From assembly GCA_966112355.1 (NCBI GenBank), contig CBHWCZ010000007.1, forward strand, positions 22,752 through 86,751: DNA of 64,000 nucleotides, given 5' to 3'. Positions 27,823 to 36,967 of this stretch are shown piece by piece; position 1 is the first letter of the stretch; each line of letters starts with the position of its first letter. Under the pieces are notes generated by a model, which did not search any database, was not told where the DNA came from, and saw only the letters and a list, made by a program, of their open reading frames with translations. The DNA is from an uncultured Polaromonas sp. (lineage in GTDB: Bacteria > Pseudomonadota > Gammaproteobacteria > Burkholderiales > Burkholderiaceae_C). A program made the position numbers and the translations under genes.

Positions 27823-28452
27823 TCACCAGACCCCTTCAATCGACGGGGCACAAATGACTAGTTTCTTGGGTGTACCTTGGTTGCCACCTAGGGCCAGTTC
27901 CTTCAAGGCCGATGGAGGACGGCGGTACCAAGTAAGGCAGACATTTACAAGGTCAATCGAGCCAGCCGATTGAGAATCAATCAACGACTCAGCAAGCGCA
28001 GAGTCATGCTCAAGGTAGAAGTCCCCGACTCGCTCTAGATCGTTGATGCTGGCCTTCTGTTCGGCCAATGGCTTCTGAAGCATCCGCCTCGGCACGTTTA
28101 GCGGGTGCCCGTCTTCCGTGATAGCCATGCCCATGATGGGCGCCATGAAGTCAACCAGCCAGCCTTGGCACTCCACCCACGCGTGAAACGCCCGCCTGTC
28201 ACTTTCAGGCCCGTTCCCAATACGTCCATACATGGCAACGCTTGCGCTTTTATCGTCAACCATCATCCCCATGAATCCAGCGCTGATCGTAGCGTGGAGC
28301 TTGTAATGCTGCCGAAGGATCAACGTCCCTGCGATAGTGAAAAAAATACAGGCTCGATGGGTACGTGCAACTTCGCTGGCCTCAAGTACGCTGTAGATGA
28401 CTTGATAAATGCGCTGATAGACCGGCAGCGGGATCAGTGGGTGAGCCTTCAT
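27823..28452 (-). CDS. DUF2026-like protein
   Basis: LIPLPVYQRIY...ACIFF...AFHAWVEC..WLVDFMAP. Confidence 0.6.
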   Translation of the reverse strand: MKAHPLIPLPVYQRIYQVIYSVLEASEVARTHRACIFFTIAGTLILRQHYKLHATISAGFMGMMVDDKSASVAMYGRIGNGPESDRRAFHAWVECQGWLVDFMAPIMGMAITEDGHPLNVPRRMLQKPLAEQKASINDLERVGDFYLEHDSALAESLIDSQSAGSIDLVNVCLTWYRRPPSALKELALGGNQGTPKKLVICAPSIEGVW

Positions 28453-28679
28453 GCTGTTACTTTACACGGCACCCTCATATTGCATCCCTGTTCAACTACG
28501 AAGTTGTGGCTGAAGGACACCCGGTCAGGAGCGAGATTTCAGCAATCTACCTTGAGTAAGCTCGTATCGCGAGGTCAATCGCTCGTAATGGCTGAGGTTA
28601 TCTAGTACCGAATCCGGAGATCAGACCACTGGATGTCTTTAAGGAAGCCGGTTTTGATCCAGGGTTCGATAATGCGTGG

Positions 28680-30317
28680 ATGGTTTCCTCTCACGTCCCT
28701 GCTATTGTCCTGACCACCCTCAACGCAAAGTACATCCACGCCTCGCTTGGCCTGCGCTATCTCTTGGCCAACATGGGGGCGCTGAAGCGGCAAACCGTGC
28801 TGCGGGAGTTCACCATCGCGCGAAGGGCATCTGAGGTGGCGGCTGAGTTGCTGGCGACGCTGGGTGAGCCGCTGTCGGGGACTGTGCAGGTCATCGGGTT
28901 TGGCGTCTATATTTGGAACGTGACCCAAACAACCGAAGTGGTGCGCTTGCTCAAGAACCAGCGACCAGGGGTCAAAGTGGTGCTAGGTGGGCCCGAGGTC
29001 AGCCATGAACTGGGCGAGCAGGAGATTGTCAGCCTGGTCGACCATGTGATTACAGGCTGGGGTGATGTGAGTTTTCCGAAACTGTGCCGCGCGCTCTTGC
29101 AAGGGCCGCAACCGCTGATGAAAATCATCAAGGGTGAAGAGCCGCCGCTCGACGACATCGTACTGCCCTACGCCGAGTACACCGATACCGATCTGGCGCA
29201 CCGCCTGCTCTACGTCGAAGCGTCGCGCGGGTGTCCTTTTAAGTGCTCGTTTTGCCTAAGCTCACTCGACAAGACCGCTTGGGCGTTTGATTTGGACGCT
29301 TTTCTGGCCGAGATGGCGGGGTTGTACCAGCGCGGTGCGCGGAATTTCAAGTTTGTCGACCGTACGTTCAACCTTAAGATTGATGCCTCGGTGCGCATTC
29401 TGCAGTTTTTTCTGGATCGGATGACAGACGATTTGTTCGTGCATTTTGAAGTCGTGCCTGACCACTTACCAGATCGACTCAAAACTATGATTGCGCAGTT
29501 CCCCCCAGGAGTGCTTCAGTTTGAAGTGGGCGTGCAAAGCTTTAATACTACGGTTCAGCAACGCATCTCGCGCAAGCAGGACAACGACAAAACCGCGCTG
29601 AATTTGCGCTGGCTGGTGCAAGAGTCCAACGCGCATTTGCACACCGACTTGCTGTTTGGCCTGCCGGGCGAGTCGTTGGAGAGTTTTGCAGCGGGCTTTG
29701 ACCGCCTGCACGCCTTGCGGCCGCACGAAATTCAATTGGGGATTTTGAAGCGTCTGCGCGGCACGCCGATTGCCCGCCTCACCGCGGCATACGGCATGGT
29801 TTATGACCCCGAGCCGCCCTACACCGTACTGCAGACCGGTGCCGTGGACGCGGATACGATGAAGCGTTTTACGCGCTTCTCGCGCTACTGGGATCTGGTC
29901 GCCAATTCAGGGCGTTTCACGCAGACGCTGAACTTATTGCTGGGAGTCGGCGCCGAGACTTGCGCCGATGAACCTGCCGATGGGGACGTCACCCCAGCCA
30001 GCGTGGTGCCAGCATCGCCGTTTTACGCGTTCATGGGTTTTGCCGACTGGCTCTGGCAAAGCACCACCAAAACCAGTGGGCTGACGCCCGAAGCGCTGGT
30101 GGATGCTCTGTGTGACTACCTGATCGGTCCGTGTGCTTTGCCTTTGGACCAAGTTCAACGCGCCTTGCTGGCCGACTATGTGGCGAGTGGCGCCCGGTCC
30201 AACCCGCATGCTCTCAAAGGCCTGTTGCCCAAACGCGAAGCTCCCCAATTGCGTGGCGTCAAAACGCTGGCGAATCGCCAGGTGCTACATCAGGCTGTTC
30301 GTCAGACTGCGGACTGA
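28680..30317 (+). CDS. Intact B12-binding radical SAM protein (545 aa), element-borne homolog of the interrupted host gene
   Basis: TLNAKYIHASLGLR, GGPEVS, EASRGCPFKCSFC, FKFVDRTFN, DLLFGLPGE; colinear with both host halves. Confidence 0.95.
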   Translation: MVSSHVPAIVLTTLNAKYIHASLGLRYLLANMGALKRQTVLREFTIARRASEVAAELLATLGEPLSGTVQVIGFGVYIWNVTQTTEVVRLLKNQRPGVKVVLGGPEVSHELGEQEIVSLVDHVITGWGDVSFPKLCRALLQGPQPLMKIIKGEEPPLDDIVLPYAEYTDTDLAHRLLYVEASRGCPFKCSFCLSSLDKTAWAFDLDAFLAEMAGLYQRGARNFKFVDRTFNLKIDASVRILQFFLDRMTDDLFVHFEVVPDHLPDRLKTMIAQFPPGVLQFEVGVQSFNTTVQQRISRKQDNDKTALNLRWLVQESNAHLHTDLLFGLPGESLESFAAGFDRLHALRPHEIQLGILKRLRGTPIARLTAAYGMVYDPEPPYTVLQTGAVDADTMKRFTRFSRYWDLVANSGRFTQTLNLLLGVGAETCADEPADGDVTPASVVPASPFYAFMGFADWLWQSTTKTSGLTPEALVDALCDYLIGPCALPLDQVQRALLADYVASGARSNPHALKGLLPKREAPQLRGVKTLANRQVLHQAVRQTAD

Positions 30318-30375
30318 ATCATTAACGCCACCTTCTAGCTTTTCGAAAATTTCAGGGACGATCGAGGGGAGACCA

Positions 30376-31287
30376 TTACTCCTTGTCCTTCCGGGCAGAA
30401 TGAATGCTCGTCACCTTCGCTCTATCGACCTTCCCGGCCTTGGTGGGGATTTTCTTCAGTAGTTCCTCGGTAGGCACCCAGATGGCTTTCGTGCGCTTCA
30501 TGACATCGGCAGGAATCTGGTGGGTCGACTTACCTTTATGGGTCGCGTCGATGATTTGGTAATCGAATCCAAGATCGACGTAGGGCTGTACGTCCTGGAC
30601 AGTCGCAAAGACGTTGGCGACCACCACGTACTCGCCATCGGCCAGCGCCTTCCGTGTCTGCTCTAGGCACCATGCGTGAGCCTGCGGCAGCTTTGTTTCG
30701 TCAAAGGCATAACCGTCTTCTGCCTGGAAGAACTGATCCGATTCGAAATGCTGGTACCCGTCTTCACGGTAGCCGTTGGCCTTGGTGCTCTTTCCGCTGC
30801 CAGGCAGTCCTCGAATCAGGACTAGGCGAGGTAATGCCGCTTCCTTTTGCGGTAGATGAACCACTTTTTCAAACTCGACTACCAGTTTGCGCAACTGAGA
30901 GGCTTCCGCCGCATCTCGCCGCGCATTCACTTCGGCCTTTCGGCGGGCGAGCACATGATCCGCCATCTTGGTTTCCAGAAGGCGCTTTTCTGCTTTGACG
31001 GTAGCCAGGTCCGCGCGCAGGTTTTCGATGAGCTGGGTGTAAGTGGTGGGCAGCGCCTTCTTACCCCCTTGCGCGAGTTTGACGGCCTCGCGCACCATGG
31101 GGTAGCGACAATCCTCCAATGCGATCAGCGTCCTGCTGCGGCCGGCTTCACGTGCAACGCTGACGGTATTGACCTTTAGCTTGCCAGCCTTGGCACTGGC
31201 TTTGAGTATTTTGTTCTGCGGCTTGCCCTCTACCAACCGGTGAAGGGCTTCGAGGAAGTCCTGCTCAATGGGGTCAGGCTGGGGCAT
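30376..31287 (-). CDS. Recombination auxiliary (TnpC/Srap-like) domain fused to a P-loop kinase (AAA_33-like)
   Basis: N-terminal VAREAGRSRTLI HTH plus coiled coil; C-terminal LVLIRGLPGSGKST...ESDQFF...AHAWC; overlaps the intB-like gene. Confidence 0.75.
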   Translation of the reverse strand: MPQPDPIEQDFLEALHRLVEGKPQNKILKASAKAGKLKVNTVSVAREAGRSRTLIALEDCRYPMVREAVKLAQGGKKALPTTYTQLIENLRADLATVKAEKRLLETKMADHVLARRKAEVNARRDAAEASQLRKLVVEFEKVVHLPQKEAALPRLVLIRGLPGSGKSTKANGYREDGYQHFESDQFFQAEDGYAFDETKLPQAHAWCLEQTRKALADGEYVVVANVFATVQDVQPYVDLGFDYQIIDATHKGKSTHQIPADVMKRTKAIWVPTEELLKKIPTKAGKVDRAKVTSIHSARKDKE

Positions 31288-33475
31288 GCTCAGCCTCCAA
31301 CGTCTGTTCGATCTGTCGGTCCAGTTGCACCACCTTAACGCCGATCTTCTTGAGCAGCTTGCCGGCCTGCTCGGCGCGCTCCTTGATCACCTTATAGCCA
31401 CTGACATCACCGCTGCGCTCCGCCCGTTTGTACGCCAGCCAGTTGTCCAAGTACCTTGCTGCCCAGAAGTCCGCGTGCCGGGCATCGAGTACAAAGCAGC
31501 CGCAGCCAGCGCACAGCGACGGTTGGCGCGTGCGGGTATTGGGTTGCTTACGCAGGAGCAACGACGTGCCAGCCTCGTCCTGGCAACGCATCTCATGGGT
31601 CCTCAGAGGCATGCAGGCACCGTGAGGTGAGAAGAAGATCGGTAGTTGCGCGTGCTCGCAAAACTTCACGACTTCCTTGTACGCATCGCTCGTCGGCAGT
31701 CCCTTGACCTGCTCAGCCAGTTTCTGCGTCGCCTGCTCCAGTTCCTCACCCATCCTGCCCGCAAGCGGGTTGCAGCCCAGCACGTTTTCGAGAATCATCA
31801 GGTTGCGGGCCTGGGTCGCCACCGACTCCATATCATTGAGTAGACTCATGTTGCTCCCGATGTAACCGCTGTCCGTCATAGCCATCGACATGTGATGAAA
31901 CTGCAACTGGATAGCAGGCATTAAGCTTGGGTCAACGGCGAACATAAACTGCGCCCAACTCTTTCGTAGCATGTGACTTTTGAAGACGTGCCCCTTGGAC
32001 TCGCGCCACTCGATAAGGTCGTTGTCCTTGATCTTGTGCCGTGACTCTTTCGGCAAACCCGACAGATCGACCCAACGTTCAATGAAACGCTTCATGCTGA
32101 GGAGCATCTTGTCGGAAGTCAACTCCCCTAGCCCGGTGGTTTTGACTGGCAAGACTATTCCGCCGTGCATCCCCAGAAGCAAGCGGGTCGTCTTGGCGTG
32201 CTCATGCCAAGGCTCATACAAGCGGTTAAGTAGGCGCAGGGCGCGCACGGGAAGCGGTTCATCCATGGAACCTTTCGGCCGCATACCCAGCACCCAGTCC
32301 ATCTCTCTAGGCAAGCCGGTTTCCGTTTTGGACAAGACTGTGCGAATCACGAACAATTCATAGAGGCCGGATGCCGAGACCTCGATCCGGACCCCCCTGG
32401 GCAACCCGCTCTCCGCATCGAACCCCGCTTCGATGCCCATCAGCTCACTGATGCGCATACCCGACATCCCTTGGATGCACAAGGCGTAGGCATCGCGCAC
32501 GGCTTCGAACAGTTGGCGCACTCGCGCCAGTGAACCATTTTGGTCTTCACTCGCATAGTTCCCGTCCAATGGCGCATGCCAGGGCTGAGATTCACCGGGC
32601 AGGTTCCTGAAGGAGAAGTCAGCAAGGAAGCGGTTGTGACGCCTCGCCCTTGCCGAACTGCCAACCCCGGCCGTTATCTTGCGAATACCTGTTTTGCTTC
32701 GTCTTTCTTCTATGTCGACTTTCGTGCCTGCGAGCGGGTCATCTAGATACCCCAGCAGGGCGATCACGTCTTCTGCCGGCCCACCCATCCACCAGGTTAC
32801 CTTGTTGAAGAGCGGTATTGCGACCTCATCAGGCAAAGGCGGAATCCAGCCCACAGCTTTGGTCGCCAACGCATCCGCGTAGTAATGTAGGCTGTGCTCG
32901 CGGAACGGGTCTTGATTGAGGGTGGGTACACCCCACCTCGTCAGCAAACGTCGCTCCGACCAGAGCTTTGGAATGATTACAAGTGCATGTTTGACTTGAC
33001 TAGTTGTAATTTCGTCTACGTCTGAACGCTCTGCGATGTAGCGCGGCAGGTCTTCGAGATAACCCTCCACATCCAGCTCATTCGGAGTTTGCATACCGCG
33101 CATTGCCATCCACGACAGGAGCCACCTAAGTCCCAGCTGGTAACTCACCATTGACCCAGCTGCCGGTACGACGCCGTTCGCTGGAGCGAGCGTGATAAGC
33201 GCAACAAGTTTTTTGGCCCACGTCAGCCGAAGTGCATGACGGGTGTCGGTGAGCCTGCTGCCGTCGCTGAGTTCCATGCCCCAGTTCACTTTGGCCTTTG
33301 TACTGCGTTGTCCAGGGGTGGTAGGCACCCACATCCAAACCGTATCCTCTCCCTTACTCAGCGGCGTGACCTGGAACGTGGCGAACTCTGCTGGGGTCAT
33401 TTCGCAGAGAGGTCGATGGCCGTTCGGCTTTTCCTGCTTTGGGACCTCATTATCGAGGGCGGAGGTCGGTTTCAT
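31274..33475 (-). CDS. Large tyrosine recombinase (IntB-like)
   Basis: GMRISEL (R), SHMLRK (HxxR), FHH, MTDSGY; Cys-rich C-terminus. Confidence 0.85.
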   Translation of the reverse strand: MKPTSALDNEVPKQEKPNGHRPLCEMTPAEFATFQVTPLSKGEDTVWMWVPTTPGQRSTKAKVNWGMELSDGSRLTDTRHALRLTWAKKLVALITLAPANGVVPAAGSMVSYQLGLRWLLSWMAMRGMQTPNELDVEGYLEDLPRYIAERSDVDEITTSQVKHALVIIPKLWSERRLLTRWGVPTLNQDPFREHSLHYYADALATKAVGWIPPLPDEVAIPLFNKVTWWMGGPAEDVIALLGYLDDPLAGTKVDIEERRSKTGIRKITAGVGSSARARRHNRFLADFSFRNLPGESQPWHAPLDGNYASEDQNGSLARVRQLFEAVRDAYALCIQGMSGMRISELMGIEAGFDAESGLPRGVRIEVSASGLYELFVIRTVLSKTETGLPREMDWVLGMRPKGSMDEPLPVRALRLLNRLYEPWHEHAKTTRLLLGMHGGIVLPVKTTGLGELTSDKMLLSMKRFIERWVDLSGLPKESRHKIKDNDLIEWRESKGHVFKSHMLRKSWAQFMFAVDPSLMPAIQLQFHHMSMAMTDSGYIGSNMSLLNDMESVATQARNLMILENVLGCNPLAGRMGEELEQATQKLAEQVKGLPTSDAYKEVVKFCEHAQLPIFFSPHGACMPLRTHEMRCQDEAGTSLLLRKQPNTRTRQPSLCAGCGCFVLDARHADFWAARYLDNWLAYKRAERSGDVSGYKVIKERAEQAGKLLKKIGVKVVQLDRQIEQTLEAEHAPA

Positions 33476-33487
33476 AGTTGCTCCTCA

Positions 33488-35536
33488 TTAGCCGATATCG
33501 GGCAGTTCAACGGTGAGTTTGCGTGACTCTTGAAGGACCTGAGGCGGAACGTTCGCCAGTAGACCGTCCAAGGCGGCGACTACGGGTGCCCAGCGATCCT
33601 TCCACACGGGGGCAGTCACTCGTATCATGCTACGGTAGATGGCACGCCGTAGCGCCTCATAGAGCATGACGTTGCTAGGATTGACTGGGCGTGCAGCAGA
33701 CAACGGGCAGTCGGGGCATTCGCCATAGGCGCTGCAAAGACGACCCTGCTTTTGATTGGGGCGCGGCGAATCAAACGGGTCTAGGCAAATCCAGCCAGGC
33801 GTTGCGCACCCTTTGCTCTCCCACTCACTGTGTTTGCGCGGATCAATCTTGCCTTCTGAGTCCAGCCAACGCTCCCTCACCAGCATAGTCTCGCCGGTGG
33901 CTTCCTTCAGCATTCGTTTCACTAGGTCGCTGGTGTAATGCGTCCAAGTGGTGACGCGGCTGGCATGGTTTCCTACCTGGCGCGCAGCCTCAAGATCGCC
34001 GCGATTGAAGAGTTGCACGTAGTCCAACATCGTCGCTCGGATCGTTTTGAGTGTAAAACTAGGAAGATTGTTGTCTTTGATGAATTTGGCAATAGCGTCC
34101 GACCAAGTCTTATCCCCCACTGCATCGTAGGTGTCGCCTCCAAAACCCTTTGCCCGCTTCATCCGATTTTTCTGGACATACAAAAAAATACGGTCGCCGT
34201 ACCTCTCTGGCTCAATCACAAATGGACGGATTCGCGAAGTTATGGCGATGAGTAGATCGAGGACCATATTGAGGCTCACCTGATTGACGCCGCCACCTTC
34301 AGGGTCCAACAGCCGTACGAGTTGTCGCCTAGCGCGCGGCTTATCGCCGGTAATTTTTGTCAAGCGAGATTCGGTTGCGTCGGACGCTTCCGCTTCCATT
34401 GATGTGTCAACCTCGTCAGCCTCTTGCGTTACGTCAAACTGCACCGCTCGCCGCCCGTTGCTCAACGGGTCAACATTGCGATCTATGTCTTTCCAATTCA
34501 GGGTAAGGATCGTGTTTGAGTTGAATACGGTTGATATGGCGATGCTCAGAACCAGCGGCACTAGTTCGCGCGCGCTCGGATAGAAGTAGCGAGTCATCTT
34601 CCCAGTACTGATACCATATTTAATCGTGTATCCGAGTAAAGCATTGTCTGCATTGATTACAGTTTGGTCGGGAATCACGCCTGGGTAGCGCTGATCAATA
34701 AGCGCAATGGCTACTGCGAGATTAGATTCCTCAACCACCGTTACGTTTCGTGTTCGAGGACTTTTTACAAGCACAGCGCCGTTGCGGCGCAATTCTCGCC
34801 CGCGCATCAGAATACTTTGGCCTTTTTCCCAATCCTCGCGCAGGGCTAGAACCTCTTTCTCGACGGCAGATATGACCGCGAGCAATTGGTCGAACTGCAG
34901 CACCTCTGTGGGTTCCACCTTGCGTTGTGCTCCACGAGGTCCACTCGGCACCAAATCAATCAAGCTCGGCATTTTAGATGCGCCAAGTGCTCCGCGTAGC
35001 GCATTGAGTTTCGAGCCGATGGTCATAGGCAGATATGCGCTTCCATCTGCTTTTCGCCTCTGACTTAACCAAGTATTGAATCCAGTAAAAATCTGTTCGT
35101 CCAAATCCGCCGGACGCAGGTTGGTGTACCCGCGCTCACCGAGAAACGCAAACCAAGAACCGCGCAGGTTTTGAGCGAAACCAATTCGGGACATGGTCCT
35201 GTAGTTCTTAATCGCCTTGAGTAACGCCTCAGCAAAGAAATCCGTCAGCCCCGGAAACGCCAGCAAGAAGCTTAGATCGAGTCGGTCGGGCTCTCCTCCG
35301 CCCTTCTTAGGGAAGATGGCAGTGAGCGTCGGCTTGCCGCCAGCTGTGCCATGTTCGATTCGTGTGGAGGGGAGGTTTTGGACGTTGGCTTGCTCAGCAT
35401 TTCGTCGACGAGCCGCTTCAAACACTTGCCGCGCGCGCTTGTTGCGGATTTTTTTGTTGGGCGGTGACTCCGGTAAGACACGTCCAGCGTTACCCGCATT
35501 CAGATCCATTGAGTCATCCATCAATCCCTCACCCAA
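33488..35536 (-). CDS. Degenerate tyrosine-recombinase-fold protein (SE CDS2-like)
   Basis: LKTIRAT, GNH, TTWTHY retained, but first catalytic Arg (FNSNTI) and HxxR His are replaced. Confidence 0.7.
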   Translation of the reverse strand: MGEGLMDDSMDLNAGNAGRVLPESPPNKKIRNKRARQVFEAARRRNAEQANVQNLPSTRIEHGTAGGKPTLTAIFPKKGGGEPDRLDLSFLLAFPGLTDFFAEALLKAIKNYRTMSRIGFAQNLRGSWFAFLGERGYTNLRPADLDEQIFTGFNTWLSQRRKADGSAYLPMTIGSKLNALRGALGASKMPSLIDLVPSGPRGAQRKVEPTEVLQFDQLLAVISAVEKEVLALREDWEKGQSILMRGRELRRNGAVLVKSPRTRNVTVVEESNLAVAIALIDQRYPGVIPDQTVINADNALLGYTIKYGISTGKMTRYFYPSARELVPLVLSIAISTVFNSNTILTLNWKDIDRNVDPLSNGRRAVQFDVTQEADEVDTSMEAEASDATESRLTKITGDKPRARRQLVRLLDPEGGGVNQVSLNMVLDLLIAITSRIRPFVIEPERYGDRIFLYVQKNRMKRAKGFGGDTYDAVGDKTWSDAIAKFIKDNNLPSFTLKTIRATMLDYVQLFNRGDLEAARQVGNHASRVTTWTHYTSDLVKRMLKEATGETMLVRERWLDSEGKIDPRKHSEWESKGCATPGWICLDPFDSPRPNQKQGRLCSAYGECPDCPLSAARPVNPSNVMLYEALRRAIYRSMIRVTAPVWKDRWAPVVAALDGLLANVPPQVLQESRKLTVELPDIG

Positions 35537-36796
35537 TCAATTTTGCAAACCGAGCAGCCTGCGGATGTCCATCACACCTTGCTTCTCACCGAAGATGGAG
35601 ACATGCGCCAGATAAGTGTCCGTGGTGACTTTCAGGCTCTTATGTCCCAGTTTGATCTGCACGATCTTCCAAGGCTCAGTTTTCCCCTGAGACTTTTCAG
35701 CGTGATAAGTCAGCACGGCGCAGTTGTGCCTAAGGTCATGGAATGAGTGAGCAGGGACTGTCTTGACATGCTTCTTACCGGTCTCAACGTCTTCCATATC
35801 AATCCGCTCAGTGATACCGCATTTCATGCATGCCAGGGCGAACATCTTCTGGATGGCGGAGCCCGTAATCCGCTTGCCTGCACTCTTGCTGGCGGCATGA
35901 CCAAGAAATAGGGCAGTGGTAGCCTTGACTCCCCGTTTCTTTCCCTCGCGCTCGCTTGATGCGCGCTCTCCGTTGATGTACGTCTGAATGGCAAGGACAA
36001 GCCAGCCTGGTGCGGCCACCTTGCGCGTGACCTTCATCTTGCCTTCTACGATCAAGGGGAAGTCCATGAGTTGTTCATGTGGCTCCACGATGATGTTCAA
36101 AAATTGAAGCGTCGTAAGCGTTGTCACATCGCCAAGTCTGGTACCTGCGACATAGCCCAGGTCACAGATAAGGCGATTACGTACTTGCCGCTTATCTTGT
36201 GTGGTTTGAACCGTGGGACCGACGTGCTCCAGTAGCTTACGCAATTGCTTTACCTGCAGCGGCCTGATTACATCCTTTCGCCCCACCTTTTTGAGCAGTG
36301 GGTCCTTTTCCTTTACACGCCCCCCCGTGGGGCGCGTGTGTGCAAGAGCGTCGTCATCGATGCGCCGATTGTCAACCAGTCGTTCCTCAATTGAAGCACC
36401 TATATCCCGGTGATACCAACCCTCGGCGCGCGCAAAGTCATAGAACCTGCGCACCGCAGTCAATTTACGGTTGATTGTTTTGTCATCGCTTGCCGCCTCG
36501 GAATAGTCGTCTGCGAATTGGTGCCTGTCTGACTCTGTCGCGGCGTGCCAGTCGATCTCTTTTAACTGACACCATTGAAACCAACTCAACAGGTCATATC
36601 CAGCGGCCGCCCAGGTGTGTGGACTTGGAGTACCGCCGACACTCACAAACTTTTGATGAAGAAAGATTGTCGGCTCTGAAAAGAGATCGACCTGATCTTT
36701 GAAATATTGGAATATCAAGGGTTGTTGTGGCACAACCAACTCTGCTCGATCACGGGCCTTAACCAGTCGTAAGTCTGCAGTTAAAAAATTGTTCAC
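35537..36796 (-). CDS. Tyrosine recombinase (IntA-like)
   Basis: AGTRLGDV, HDLRH, LGH, TTDTY: full catalytic set; 183 bp from the element end. Confidence 0.93.
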   Translation of the reverse strand: MNNFLTADLRLVKARDRAELVVPQQPLIFQYFKDQVDLFSEPTIFLHQKFVSVGGTPSPHTWAAAGYDLLSWFQWCQLKEIDWHAATESDRHQFADDYSEAASDDKTINRKLTAVRRFYDFARAEGWYHRDIGASIEERLVDNRRIDDDALAHTRPTGGRVKEKDPLLKKVGRKDVIRPLQVKQLRKLLEHVGPTVQTTQDKRQVRNRLICDLGYVAGTRLGDVTTLTTLQFLNIIVEPHEQLMDFPLIVEGKMKVTRKVAAPGWLVLAIQTYINGERASSEREGKKRGVKATTALFLGHAASKSAGKRITGSAIQKMFALACMKCGITERIDMEDVETGKKHVKTVPAHSFHDLRHNCAVLTYHAEKSQGKTEPWKIVQIKLGHKSLKVTTDTYLAHVSIFGEKQGVMDIRRLLGLQN

Positions 36797-36967
36797 GGCA
36801 TTGCTTTCACACCATCAGTAGGATGAACATAATTTATCACCGACCACTCTAATATCCATTTAAATAATGGATTTATTAAATTCCATGAACATTTTGACAA
36901 AACCTTACATTTCCGTAGATTCCAAAAAAATGAGGCGTCGAATGAGTCTTTTGTTCTGCTGCAGGGG

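Noticed and set aside
31274-36796. RIT element or prophage integrase module
   Set aside because: RIT recombinases are three ~300-450 aa proteins in a ~3.5-kb unit; here two are ~700 aa, one is degenerate and a fourth gene follows. No phage structural genes are present.
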